This document shows, piece by piece, positions 8,581 to 16,004 of a stretch of 32,000 nt of DNA; the stretch's first letter is position 1, and the number at the start of each line of letters is the position of its first letter. The position numbers were made by a program, and so were the translations under genes. The DNA is from Xylanibacter ruminicola 23 (GTDB taxonomy: Bacteria > Bacteroidota > Bacteroidia > Bacteroidales > Bacteroidaceae), in NCBI RefSeq assembly GCF_000025925.1, contig NC_014033.1:2280001-2312000 (forward strand). Reading direction: 5' to 3'. The notes below the pieces were generated by a model. It searched no databases and was not told the origin of the DNA. It saw only the letters and a program-made list of their open reading frames with translations.

Positions 8581-8642
8581 TTTTGCATTTTTACATTTTT
8601 TCATTTTTACATTTTTACATTCTACCTTCTTACCTTTTTACC
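8581..8642. repeat. 8-nt tandem repeat, about 8 units (TTTTGCA TTTTTACA TTTTTTCA TTTTTACA TTTTTACA TTCTACC TTCTTACC TTTTTACC)
   Basis: It fills the porX-tsaE spacer and degenerates into the last porX codons (KGKKVRR, stop TAG at 8622-8624). On the minus strand the units read TGTAAAAA and contain ATGTAA. Confidence 0.8.
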
Positions 8643-10181
8643 CTTAAGCGTAATCAGCGGTACAATCATCTCTTCCATCGAGATGCCTCCGTGCTGGAAC
8701 GTGTCGCGATAGTACGATACGTAGTAATTATAGTTGTTGGGATAGGCAAAGAACGAGTCGCCCGTGGCAAACACGTAGCTGGTTGAGAGGTTGGGCTGTG
8801 GCAGCATGGCCTTGCGCGGATCCTTGATAACCAGCAGACTCTTATCATCATCGTAACTCAGGTTCTTACCCAACTTGTAGCGCAGGTTGGTGTTGGTGTT
8901 GCGATCGCCCACAATCTTTACGGGCTGGGTGCAACGTATACTGCCGTGGTCGGTGGTCACAATCACCTTGCAATCCATTTGTGCCAGCTGGCGGAAGAAG
9001 TCGCTGATGACCGAATGGCGGAACCACGACAGGGTTATCGAACGGTAGGCACTCTCGTTGTTGGCCAGCTCACGCACCATCTTCGATTCGGTACGGGCGT
9101 GGCTCAGCATGTCGATAAAGTTAAACACCACCACATTCAGCGGGTGCTTCTCTATCTGCTGCATCTGCTGCATCAGCTTGTCGGCATCGGCCTGGGTGTT
9201 TATCTTGTGATAAGAAAAAGTCTCCTTACGGCGATAGCGCTCCAGCTGGGTACGAATCAGCGGTTCCTCGTTCAGGTTCTTACCCTCCTCCTCGTCTTCA
9301 TTCACCCAGAGGTCGGGGAACATCTCCTGTATCTTGTTAGGCATCAAACCACTGAAGATGGCATTGCGCGCATACTGCGTGGCGGTGGGCAGAATGCTGT
9401 AATACATGTCCTCGTCGATATCAAAGTAGGCACTCAGTTCGCCCGACAGCACGCGCCATTGGTCGTAACGGAAGTTATCGAGCACCACCAGGAACACCTT
9501 TTCGCCCGCATTGAGCATGGGGAACACCTTGGTTTTAAATATCTCGGGCGAAAGAACGGGCTTCTCTCCCCCACCTGCTATCCAATCCAGATAATTCTTC
9601 TTGATAAACTTGGCAAAGCCGTTGTTGGCCTCCTCCTTCTGCATCTGCAGCATCTCGGTCATGGTGCTTTCGGCGGCACTCAGCTCCAGCTCCCAGTGTA
9701 CCAGGCGCTTGTACACCTGCACCCAATCATTCCACGTTTTGCAGTCCATTATCTGCATGGCTATCTGCTGGAAGTTCTGCTGATACTGCGTTTGTGTGAT
9801 TTCTGTTTCAATGGCACGGCGGTGGATATTCTTCTTGAGCGTCAACAATATCTGATTGGGGTTTACGGGCTTTATCAGGTAGTCGGCAATCTTCTGCCCG
9901 ATGGCCTGCTCCATAATGTTCTCCTCCTCGCTCTTGGTAACCATCACCACGGGGATTGAGGGATTAATCTCCTTGAGCTGGCGCAGGGTTTCGAGACCGC
10001 TGATACCAGGCATCTGCTCATCCAGCAGCACCAGGTCGAAGTTGCGCTGACGACACAGGTCGAGGGCATCGGTACCGTTGCTAACGGTCACGATTTCATA
10101 GCCTTTCTTCTCGAGGAACATGATGTGGCCCTTGAGTTGCTCAATCTCGTCGTCTACCCAAAGTAGTAATCCGTTTGTCAT
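8622..10181 (-). CDS. porX: Response regulator with a PglZ (alkaline-phosphatase superfamily) output domain, PorX-type
   Basis: 519 aa. N-terminal CheY receiver (LLWVDDE ... DLVLLDEQMPG ... KP) plus a large PglZ-like C-terminal domain. The architecture and size match the T9SS regulator PorX. Confidence 0.75.
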   Translation of the reverse strand: MTNGLLLWVDDEIEQLKGHIMFLEKKGYEIVTVSNGTDALDLCRQRNFDLVLLDEQMPGISGLETLRQLKEINPSIPVVMVTKSEEENIMEQAIGQKIADYLIKPVNPNQILLTLKKNIHRRAIETEITQTQYQQNFQQIAMQIMDCKTWNDWVQVYKRLVHWELELSAAESTMTEMLQMQKEEANNGFAKFIKKNYLDWIAGGGEKPVLSPEIFKTKVFPMLNAGEKVFLVVLDNFRYDQWRVLSGELSAYFDIDEDMYYSILPTATQYARNAIFSGLMPNKIQEMFPDLWVNEDEEEGKNLNEEPLIRTQLERYRRKETFSYHKINTQADADKLMQQMQQIEKHPLNVVVFNFIDMLSHARTESKMVRELANNESAYRSITLSWFRHSVISDFFRQLAQMDCKVIVTTDHGSIRCTQPVKIVGDRNTNTNLRYKLGKNLSYDDDKSLLVIKDPRKAMLPQPNLSTSYVFATGDSFFAYPNNYNYYVSYYRDTFQHGGISMEEMIVPLITLKGKKVRR

Positions 10182-10198
10182 ATATCGCTATCTGTTGT

Positions 10199-13045
10199 TT
10201 ACCAAAAATCATCATCAAAATCCAGCACCTTCTGCTGCTTTTTCTGCGTGGCAGGTGCGGGCTGCTCGGCGGGCTTGGCTGGCAGTTCGTCCTCAATATC
10301 AGGCGCATCCACCGCCTCGGGGTTTATCAGCAGATTATCCTTGCTAACCTGCATGGGTGCCAGCTCGCGCTCGTAGAACTGCTGATACTCGTCGTAGGTG
10401 TACTGGGTGCCCAGCAGGGGCAGATTCTGCTCGCTAACTATCAGGCGCATGGTGCGGGCCGTGTATCGGCGCAGGGTTTCGTTGTCGTACAGCATACGGG
10501 CATACTGCAGGGCCTCGTCGTAACTCAGGAATCCGCTTACCAGCATGCGGTTCAGCTCACCGTCCTGATCGATTTGTATCTCGAAATTACGCACCAGGAA
10601 GTTGGTAAAGTTATAGCGAGCCAACTCGAACAGCAGCTGATTCTGATTTATCGAATCGGGCTGATACACCAGCATAAACAGGTAGTGTGAGCCACGGTCG
10701 GTGCTCAGGGTATCGGTGGTGGTAGAATCACGCTTCAGCACAATGTCGCGCTGGGTCCACACGTCGCCGATATCAAACTTACCGCCACGCAGCTTGCGGC
10801 CATCCTGCACACCTTTGATAATCATACCTGCCAACGGACTCACCTCGCTGTCGGGGTATTTCTCTACCACCTGCTGCAACTGCTCCAGACAGCCATCGCC
10901 ATCGCCTTCGTTCAGCAGGCTCAAACCACTGATAAACACAAATTTATCGCAGTGGGCGCCTTGGGCAAAGCGGGTGGCAGATAGCTGGGTGTTATGCTTT
11001 ACCACCTGAAATTCATCGTGCTTAAAGGCATCGTAGGTGGCGGCATAGAGCGAATCCTCTATCTGCTCGCCAAAGCGGGCATTCTCGGCATAGTACGGGT
11101 CGGCTATCAGCAATGTATATTCGTTGTCGGGGTAGTCGGCCTTCAGTCGGGCCAGGCACTCGGCAGCCTCTGTTGTTCTTCCTTGGCGCGAGTACAGCAG
11201 CCATAGGTGGTACCACGCCTCGGGGTTATTTTCGTAGTCGGGGTAATCGGTAGTCAGTCGGCGAAGGTATCGTTCGCTGATGTTCAGGCGCTCCATCTTA
11301 TCCTTCAGGATGATACCGGCATGGAACAGACCATCCTTGATGATATCGTGACAGGCGGCCTGCTGCTCATCGCTGAATGGGATTTGCGCCAGATAGTAGG
11401 CACGGTTGTGCGGATCGAGAGCGGTGCTGTCGATGGGGGCAACAATGCTATCGCCAACAGCTTTAGCGGCCTCATCGGATGCTGTTATACTGTCGTTAGC
11501 CGCATCGCCCGACGGCATGCGCACCACGGTTTGATTACTGCGGCGCCAGTTGTCGATATTCTCTCGGCGGCCCCATTCGCGCTGGAAGGTGGTTTTACCC
11601 TGACTCACAGCCGTGGGGTTATAGAAGTACCATGCGCCACCTGCCTGCTGGGTGCCAGCTGACTGAGGCACAGCGCGTTGGTTAATCGATCCAAAATTTG
11701 ATTGATTAAATGTCTGCTGGGTATTAGCGGTATTTTCCAGCTCTGCATCGCGGGCCTCCTTTTCCTTTTTCTTCAGTTCGGCTATCACGCGGTCGATGGC
11801 TTGCAGGCGTTCTTTCTCGCTCATCTTGGCCAGTTGCAAGAGCGAATCCTGCAGATGCACAGCCTCGGTATAAGGTACCAGTTCGTCGAGCACTTTTGAG
11901 CGTTGGGCCAGTTGGTCGTAGTCCTTACGGTCCTTATCCAGCAGTCCGATAGCCTCGCCATAACAGCGCTGGGCATCGGCAAATTTCTCCTGTTCCCAAT
12001 ACAGATTGCCAAGGGTAAGCAGCAGTACACCCTTCTCGACACCATTGCGGGTAGATTTCAGGTTACCCTTCTCGTAGGCTCCTATGGCCTGCAAGGTATC
12101 GCCTTGGGCCAGATAGATGTTGCCGATGGCATAGTACACCTGGTCAAGATATTCGGCATTGTTATCGTTGGCGGCCATGCGCTTCAGCTTACCTATCATC
12201 TGCTTGCCGTTGTTCTTAGCCAGCACTTCGGTCTGGGCTATACGGGCGTTAAACTGCAACTCGTAAGGCGGACTGCAGCGTATCACACGGGCAAAAGCCT
12301 TGTAAGCCTCTTGCTGGTTGCCCATCAGGTTCTGTATCTGTCCCATCAGGTACCACTCGCGGGCACGCTGGGTTTTACGGCGTTCGTGCTTGATGGCCTT
12401 GCGCAGATAAGGCACAGCCTTGGGGTAATCGCCCACGCTGATGTAATAGTTGGCGTAGGTGTAATCCCAATCCTTAACGGCACGGAAATCCATCGAGTCG
12501 CGACTCATGTTACGAATCACGTCCTCGGCATCGTATCGCCAGCCCAACATAGTGTAGCTTTTGGCCAGCCACGCACGGGCCAGTCCGCTGCGGGCAGGAT
12601 CGCCCAGGTACAGGCGTGCCATGTACGAGAAGGTAGCGGCAGCCTCTTCAAACTGTCCCATCTGAAACTGTGCCTTACCAAGCATCAGCCATGCTTTCCA
12701 CAGAAACGGGTTCTGCTCGCGCCCTTTCACCTTAATGGTGTGGCGCTGGATGGCTTTCTCCATCTTCTCAACCGTTCGCTCGTAATGCGATTTTCCTATG
12801 TCGCGACTCAGTTTGTTGCCAACGGGGTAAAGCGGCAACAGTTCGGTAAAGTTATCCTTGTGGCCTTTCTCTTTCTCCAAATTTCCATCCAGAAAGGCCA
12901 TGTGACCATTATAATAGGTGTTATAGCGGGCGTTGAAGGCGTGCCAGAACCGGCTCTTGGCGGTGTTTTTGTTTTGCGCAAAGCCCATGGTTGCCACCAA
13001 CGCGACAACCAACACCATGCCCATATATCGCCCATTCCATCTCAC
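10199..13045 (-). CDS. Large TPR-repeat secreted protein, PorW/SprE-like (T9SS periplasmic component)
   Basis: About 945 aa with a signal peptide (VVALVATMGFAQ). The early motif FNARYNTYYNG resembles the SprE/PorW N-terminus as I remember it. Multiple TPR-like helices are present. The track start at 13045 is GTG; ATG 13024 is the alternative. The CDS itself is secure (about 0.9); the family call is weaker. Confidence 0.55.
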   Translation of the reverse strand: MRWNGRYMGMVLVVALVATMGFAQNKNTAKSRFWHAFNARYNTYYNGHMAFLDGNLEKEKGHKDNFTELLPLYPVGNKLSRDIGKSHYERTVEKMEKAIQRHTIKVKGREQNPFLWKAWLMLGKAQFQMGQFEEAAATFSYMARLYLGDPARSGLARAWLAKSYTMLGWRYDAEDVIRNMSRDSMDFRAVKDWDYTYANYYISVGDYPKAVPYLRKAIKHERRKTQRAREWYLMGQIQNLMGNQQEAYKAFARVIRCSPPYELQFNARIAQTEVLAKNNGKQMIGKLKRMAANDNNAEYLDQVYYAIGNIYLAQGDTLQAIGAYEKGNLKSTRNGVEKGVLLLTLGNLYWEQEKFADAQRCYGEAIGLLDKDRKDYDQLAQRSKVLDELVPYTEAVHLQDSLLQLAKMSEKERLQAIDRVIAELKKKEKEARDAELENTANTQQTFNQSNFGSINQRAVPQSAGTQQAGGAWYFYNPTAVSQGKTTFQREWGRRENIDNWRRSNQTVVRMPSGDAANDSITASDEAAKAVGDSIVAPIDSTALDPHNRAYYLAQIPFSDEQQAACHDIIKDGLFHAGIILKDKMERLNISERYLRRLTTDYPDYENNPEAWYHLWLLYSRQGRTTEAAECLARLKADYPDNEYTLLIADPYYAENARFGEQIEDSLYAATYDAFKHDEFQVVKHNTQLSATRFAQGAHCDKFVFISGLSLLNEGDGDGCLEQLQQVVEKYPDSEVSPLAGMIIKGVQDGRKLRGGKFDIGDVWTQRDIVLKRDSTTTDTLSTDRGSHYLFMLVYQPDSINQNQLLFELARYNFTNFLVRNFEIQIDQDGELNRMLVSGFLSYDEALQYARMLYDNETLRRYTARTMRLIVSEQNLPLLGTQYTYDEYQQFYERELAPMQVSKDNLLINPEAVDAPDIEDELPAKPAEQPAPATQKKQQKVLDFDDDFW

Positions 13046-13083
13046 TATTCACTCTTCACTAATCACTATTCACTAATACTCTT
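13042..13083. repeat. 7-nt tandem repeat x6 (TCACTAT TCACTCT TCACTAA TCACTAT TCACTAA TACTCTT)
   Basis: Five clean units (35 nt, 13042-13076) plus one degenerate unit. On the minus strand the units read ATAGTGA / TTAGTGA, carrying TAG and TGA. The array spans the stop of the 64-aa gene and the GTG start candidate of the PorW-like gene. Confidence 0.8.
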
Positions 13084-13260
13084 CTGTTTCTTCTCCTCAA
13101 GCAGGCAGTGTATCTTGCACGAGCCCTCGTCGGCAGCTGTGCAGGTAGAGCAGTCGTGACCTTGTTCAATCACATCCTCGCTCTTATCAAACCAGTTGGC
13201 TACCAAGGCTATCAGGCCCAGCGCCAACAGCATGGCTATACATACTAATGCAAACGTCAT
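13066..13260 (-). CDS. Small membrane protein with a C-terminal Cys cluster (FeoB-associated Cys-rich / p12-like)
   Basis: 64 aa: one N-terminal TM helix followed by CSTC...C...C. The family call is tentative and no feoB is nearby. Confidence 0.4.
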   Translation of the reverse strand: MTFALVCIAMLLALGLIALVANWFDKSEDVIEQGHDCSTCTAADEGSCKIHCLLEEKKQKSISE

Positions 13261-13284
13261 CGTCTAAAATAATTGTGTTAGTTT

Positions 13285-14535
13285 TTATTCTTCAATGTTG
13301 AATCCTACCAGTTTCAGGTCGTCCCAGAACTTAGGGTACGACTTGGTAACTACCTGTGGATTATTGATAATCAGTCCGTCTTGGCGCAAAGCATAGGGTG
13401 CAAAGGCCAATGCCATGCGATGGTCTTCGTAAGTGTCGATACCAGCCTGCAGGTCGGGTTCGCAGCGCTCACCATCCCAGTACAGCTCGCTGTCGTTGGC
13501 ATCGTGAATCACGTAACCCAACTTCAGCATCTCTTTCTTCAGGGCTGCAATACGGTCGGTCTCCTTAATTTTCAGGGTTGAGAGGCCCTTGAAGTGGAAG
13601 GGAATATCGAGTGCGGCACAGGTAACCACAAAGGTCTGCGCCAGGTCGGGAGCATTCACAAAGTCGTACTCCAACTTGCCCACGCCACGACCGTTCTTCT
13701 TCAGTGTCACCATCTGCGGTACGCCTTTCTTCTGGGTTTCAAAAGTGGTCTTTACACCCAGCAAGCTAAAGATGTAACGAGAGGTAGAATCGCCCTGCAT
13801 CGAGCCGTCCATCAGTCCCGTCAGCTTTACTTCGGCATCGCGATCCTTGCTCAGCGCCACCATCTCATACCAGTAGCTGGCACCGCTCCAGTCGCTCTCG
13901 ATAAAGTAATCGCGACCTTTGTAGGGCTTGTGAGCCACGGTAATCGTATCGGCTGAACTCCATTTGGCTTCGGCGCCGAACTCGCCCATCATCCACAGCG
14001 TAAGGTCGATGTAAGGGCGCGAGATGATATCGCCTGTAAGTTGCAGCGTAAGTCCATCCTCCAGCATCGGACCAATCATCAGCAGCGCCGAAATGTACTG
14101 TGAGCTCACGTTGCCAGGGATAGAAAGCTCGCCACCCTGCAGCTTATAACCAGTGATCTTAAGAGGTGGGAATCCCTCCTGCCCTACGTACTCTATCTGA
14201 GCACCCAACTTGCGCAGGGCATCAACCAGGATAGCTATGGGGCGGTGCTGCATGCGCTCGGTACCAGTAATCACATGGGTGCCGCGCATCACGCTCAGGT
14301 AGGCCGTCATAAATCGCATGGCGGTACCGGCAGCTTTGATATTAATTTCGTCGGGCATGTATCGCAGCGCCTCGATAATCACCTCGGTATCGTCGCAATC
14401 ACTCAGGTTCTGAGGCAGATTACGACCTCCGCTAAGGGCATAGATAATGAGCGCACGGTTGGATATGCTTTTTGATGCTGGCAACTGGATGGTCTGAGCC
14501 AAACGTTCAGGTGCCGTAAGTTTATATTGCTTCAT
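13285..14535 (-). CDS. aroA: 3-phosphoshikimate 1-carboxyvinyltransferase (EPSP synthase)
   Basis: LPASKSISNRALI and other EPSP synthase motifs are present. I set the start at ATG 14535 (MKQYKL), downstream of a TATCTTTG box; the track start at 14607 lies upstream of that promoter. Confidence 0.92.
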   Translation of the reverse strand: MKQYKLTAPERLAQTIQLPASKSISNRALIIYALSGGRNLPQNLSDCDDTEVIIEALRYMPDEINIKAAGTAMRFMTAYLSVMRGTHVITGTERMQHRPIAILVDALRKLGAQIEYVGQEGFPPLKITGYKLQGGELSIPGNVSSQYISALLMIGPMLEDGLTLQLTGDIISRPYIDLTLWMMGEFGAEAKWSSADTITVAHKPYKGRDYFIESDWSGASYWYEMVALSKDRDAEVKLTGLMDGSMQGDSTSRYIFSLLGVKTTFETQKKGVPQMVTLKKNGRGVGKLEYDFVNAPDLAQTFVVTCAALDIPFHFKGLSTLKIKETDRIAALKKEMLKLGYVIHDANDSELYWDGERCEPDLQAGIDTYEDHRMALAFAPYALRQDGLIINNPQVVTKSYPKFWDDLKLVGFNIEE

Positions 14536-14563
14536 TTCTTGTATATGTCGTTCTAATTGCATG

Positions 14564-14571
14564 CAAAGATA
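14564..14571 (-). promoter_or_regulatory. -7 box TATCTTTG for aroA
   Basis: The reverse complement of CAAAGATA is TATCTTTG, about 29 nt upstream of ATG 14535. The -33 element is poor. Confidence 0.4.
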
Positions 14572-14666
14572 CGCATTTTCGGGCACTAAGCACTCATTTT
14601 TACACATTTTATTACTATTATCCTCTTAATGTGTGTTAATCCTTGTGCGGTTTCGTAATCTTTTTG

Positions 14667-14674
14667 TACTTTTG
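14667..14674 (+). promoter_or_regulatory. -7 box TACTTTTG (extended GTACTTTTGCACCC) for the pectate lyase gene
   Basis: Matches TAnnTTTG and lies 30 nt upstream of ATG 14704. Confidence 0.5.
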
Positions 14675-14703
14675 CACCCACGAACAAAACAATTTAAAAT
14701 AGT

Positions 14704-15786
14704 ATGAACTACATTAAAACTACTCTACTGGCAGCCATCATTGGCCTCATGCCTATCGTACCAGCTAACGCACAAAGTGACAAGGTACTGAAAGAAAAGA
14801 ATCCCGAGTTTTTCAAAACCGAAGAAGCTCGCCGTATCGGCGACCAGCTACTGATTTGGCAGCGCAACACGGGCGGCTGGCCCAAGAACGTCGACATGGT
14901 GACACCACTCTCCAACCAGCAGCGCGAGGTGATCATCAAGGATAAGCAGGTGACCGACGACTCGACAATCGACAACGGTGCTACCACCATGCAGATGAAC
15001 TTCCTGGCGCGATTGTATCAGCAGACCAAGGATGAGCACTATCGCGAGGCTTTCAAGAAGGGTGTAAACTACATTCTGGATGGACAGTACGAAAACGGCG
15101 GATGGCCACAGTTCTGGCCAACCCAGCGCGACTATCAGGTGCAGATAACCTACAACGACGATGCTATTGTGAATATTCTGACCATGATGCGCGACATACT
15201 GAATGGTAAAGAGCAGTATGCCGGATTAAGCGACGAGAAGCTGAACGCACAGATCGAAAAGTCGTTTAAGAAAGGTATTGAATGCATTCTGAACACGCAG
15301 ATAAAGGTTGACGACACGCTGACCGTTTGGTGCCAGCAGCACGACCGCAAGACACTCTACCCTACTTATGCCCGCGCCTACGAGCTGCCATCATACTGCT
15401 CGATGGAGAGTGCCGCCATCGTACGATTCCTGATGAGCCTGCCCCACCCCGACGAGCGAGTACGCCGCTCGATCAACAGCGCTATGGCTTGGTTTGAGAA
15501 GAATAAGATTACAGGCTACCGACTTGTGAAGATTGGTAAGAAGGGAGAACCAGGAGCCGACACCCGACTGGTACCCGACCCCAAAGCCGGTCCACTATGG
15601 GCACGATTCTACGACTTGCTGAACTGCCAGCCGTTTGTATGCGACCGCGATGGCATGCCCCGCAAGCACCTTTCGGACATCGGCCCAGAGCGCCGCAATG
15701 GCTACAGCTGGTACAACGACCGCCCAGCAACGCTGTATGAAAAGTACGAAAAATGGAAAAATAAGTGGGAAAAGAGTAAAAAATAG
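14704..15786 (+). CDS. Secreted pectate lyase, PelA/Pel-15E (PL10)-like
   Basis: 360 aa with a signal peptide. The WQRNTGGWPKN and ENGGWPQFWP repeat-like motifs are reminiscent of the PL10 (alpha/alpha)3 barrel family. The assignment is from memory. Confidence 0.55.
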   Translation: MNYIKTTLLAAIIGLMPIVPANAQSDKVLKEKNPEFFKTEEARRIGDQLLIWQRNTGGWPKNVDMVTPLSNQQREVIIKDKQVTDDSTIDNGATTMQMNFLARLYQQTKDEHYREAFKKGVNYILDGQYENGGWPQFWPTQRDYQVQITYNDDAIVNILTMMRDILNGKEQYAGLSDEKLNAQIEKSFKKGIECILNTQIKVDDTLTVWCQQHDRKTLYPTYARAYELPSYCSMESAAIVRFLMSLPHPDERVRRSINSAMAWFEKNKITGYRLVKIGKKGEPGADTRLVPDPKAGPLWARFYDLLNCQPFVCDRDGMPRKHLSDIGPERRNGYSWYNDRPATLYEKYEKWKNKWEKSKK

Positions 15787-15794
15787 GCCGAAAA

Positions 15795-15826
15795 TTTGGT
15801 CAGTTCAAAAAAACTGCGTACCTTTG
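15795..15826 (+). promoter_or_regulatory. Promoter of tRNA-Pro (-33 TTTG, -7 TACCTTTG)
   Basis: TTTG at 15795-15798, 20 nt, then TACCTTTG at 15819-15826, followed by CACCCGCA. The 17-nt GTACCTTTGCACCCGCA is identical to the tRNA-Met promoter. Confidence 0.7.
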
Positions 15827-15871
15827 CACCCGCATTCGGCGATAACGGCTGGGTGCAAGTCGAAAACGGAT

Positions 15872-15944
15872 CGGGATTTAGCGCAGTTGGTAGCGCACAC
15901 GTCTGGGGGGCGCGAGGTCGCTGGTTCGAGTCCAGTAATCCCGA
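15872..15944 (+). tRNA. tRNA-Pro (anticodon GGG)
   Basis: Hand-folded cloverleaf of 73 nt. Acceptor CGGGATT/AATCCCG, D arm GCGC-AGTTGGTA-GCGC, anticodon loop CTGGGGG (one A:C mismatch in the stem), T arm GCTGG-TTCGAGT-CCAGT. No CCA is encoded. Confidence 0.9.
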
Positions 15945-15951
15945 CACAAAG

Positions 15952-15989
15952 AGCGAGAGAATCGAAAGATTCCCTCGCTTTTTTGTTTT
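15952..15989 (+). terminator. Rho-independent terminator after tRNA-Pro
   Basis: Stem AGCGAGAGAATC / GATTCCCTCGCT (11 of 12 pairs), loop GAAA, then TTTTTTGTTTTG. It lies between the convergent tRNA-Pro and the 16005-16700 gene. Confidence 0.75.
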
Positions 15990-16004
15990 GTATTCCTTTC
16001 GCAA

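Noticed and set aside
8622-10181. The PglZ domain as a possible marker of a BREX/DISARM-type phage defence locus.
   Set aside because: Here PglZ is fused to an N-terminal CheY receiver (the PorX architecture). The neighbours are tsaE and a TPR protein. No methyltransferase, BrxC/PglY ATPase or other BREX genes are present.
8946-13159. Plus-strand ORFs of 337 aa (8946-9959), 171 aa (10175-10690), 151 aa (11207-11662) and 418 aa (11903-13159), opposite porX and the PorW-like gene.
   Set aside because: They are antisense shadows of clearly coding minus-strand genes, with repetitive Leu/Val/Gln/His composition and no independent signals.
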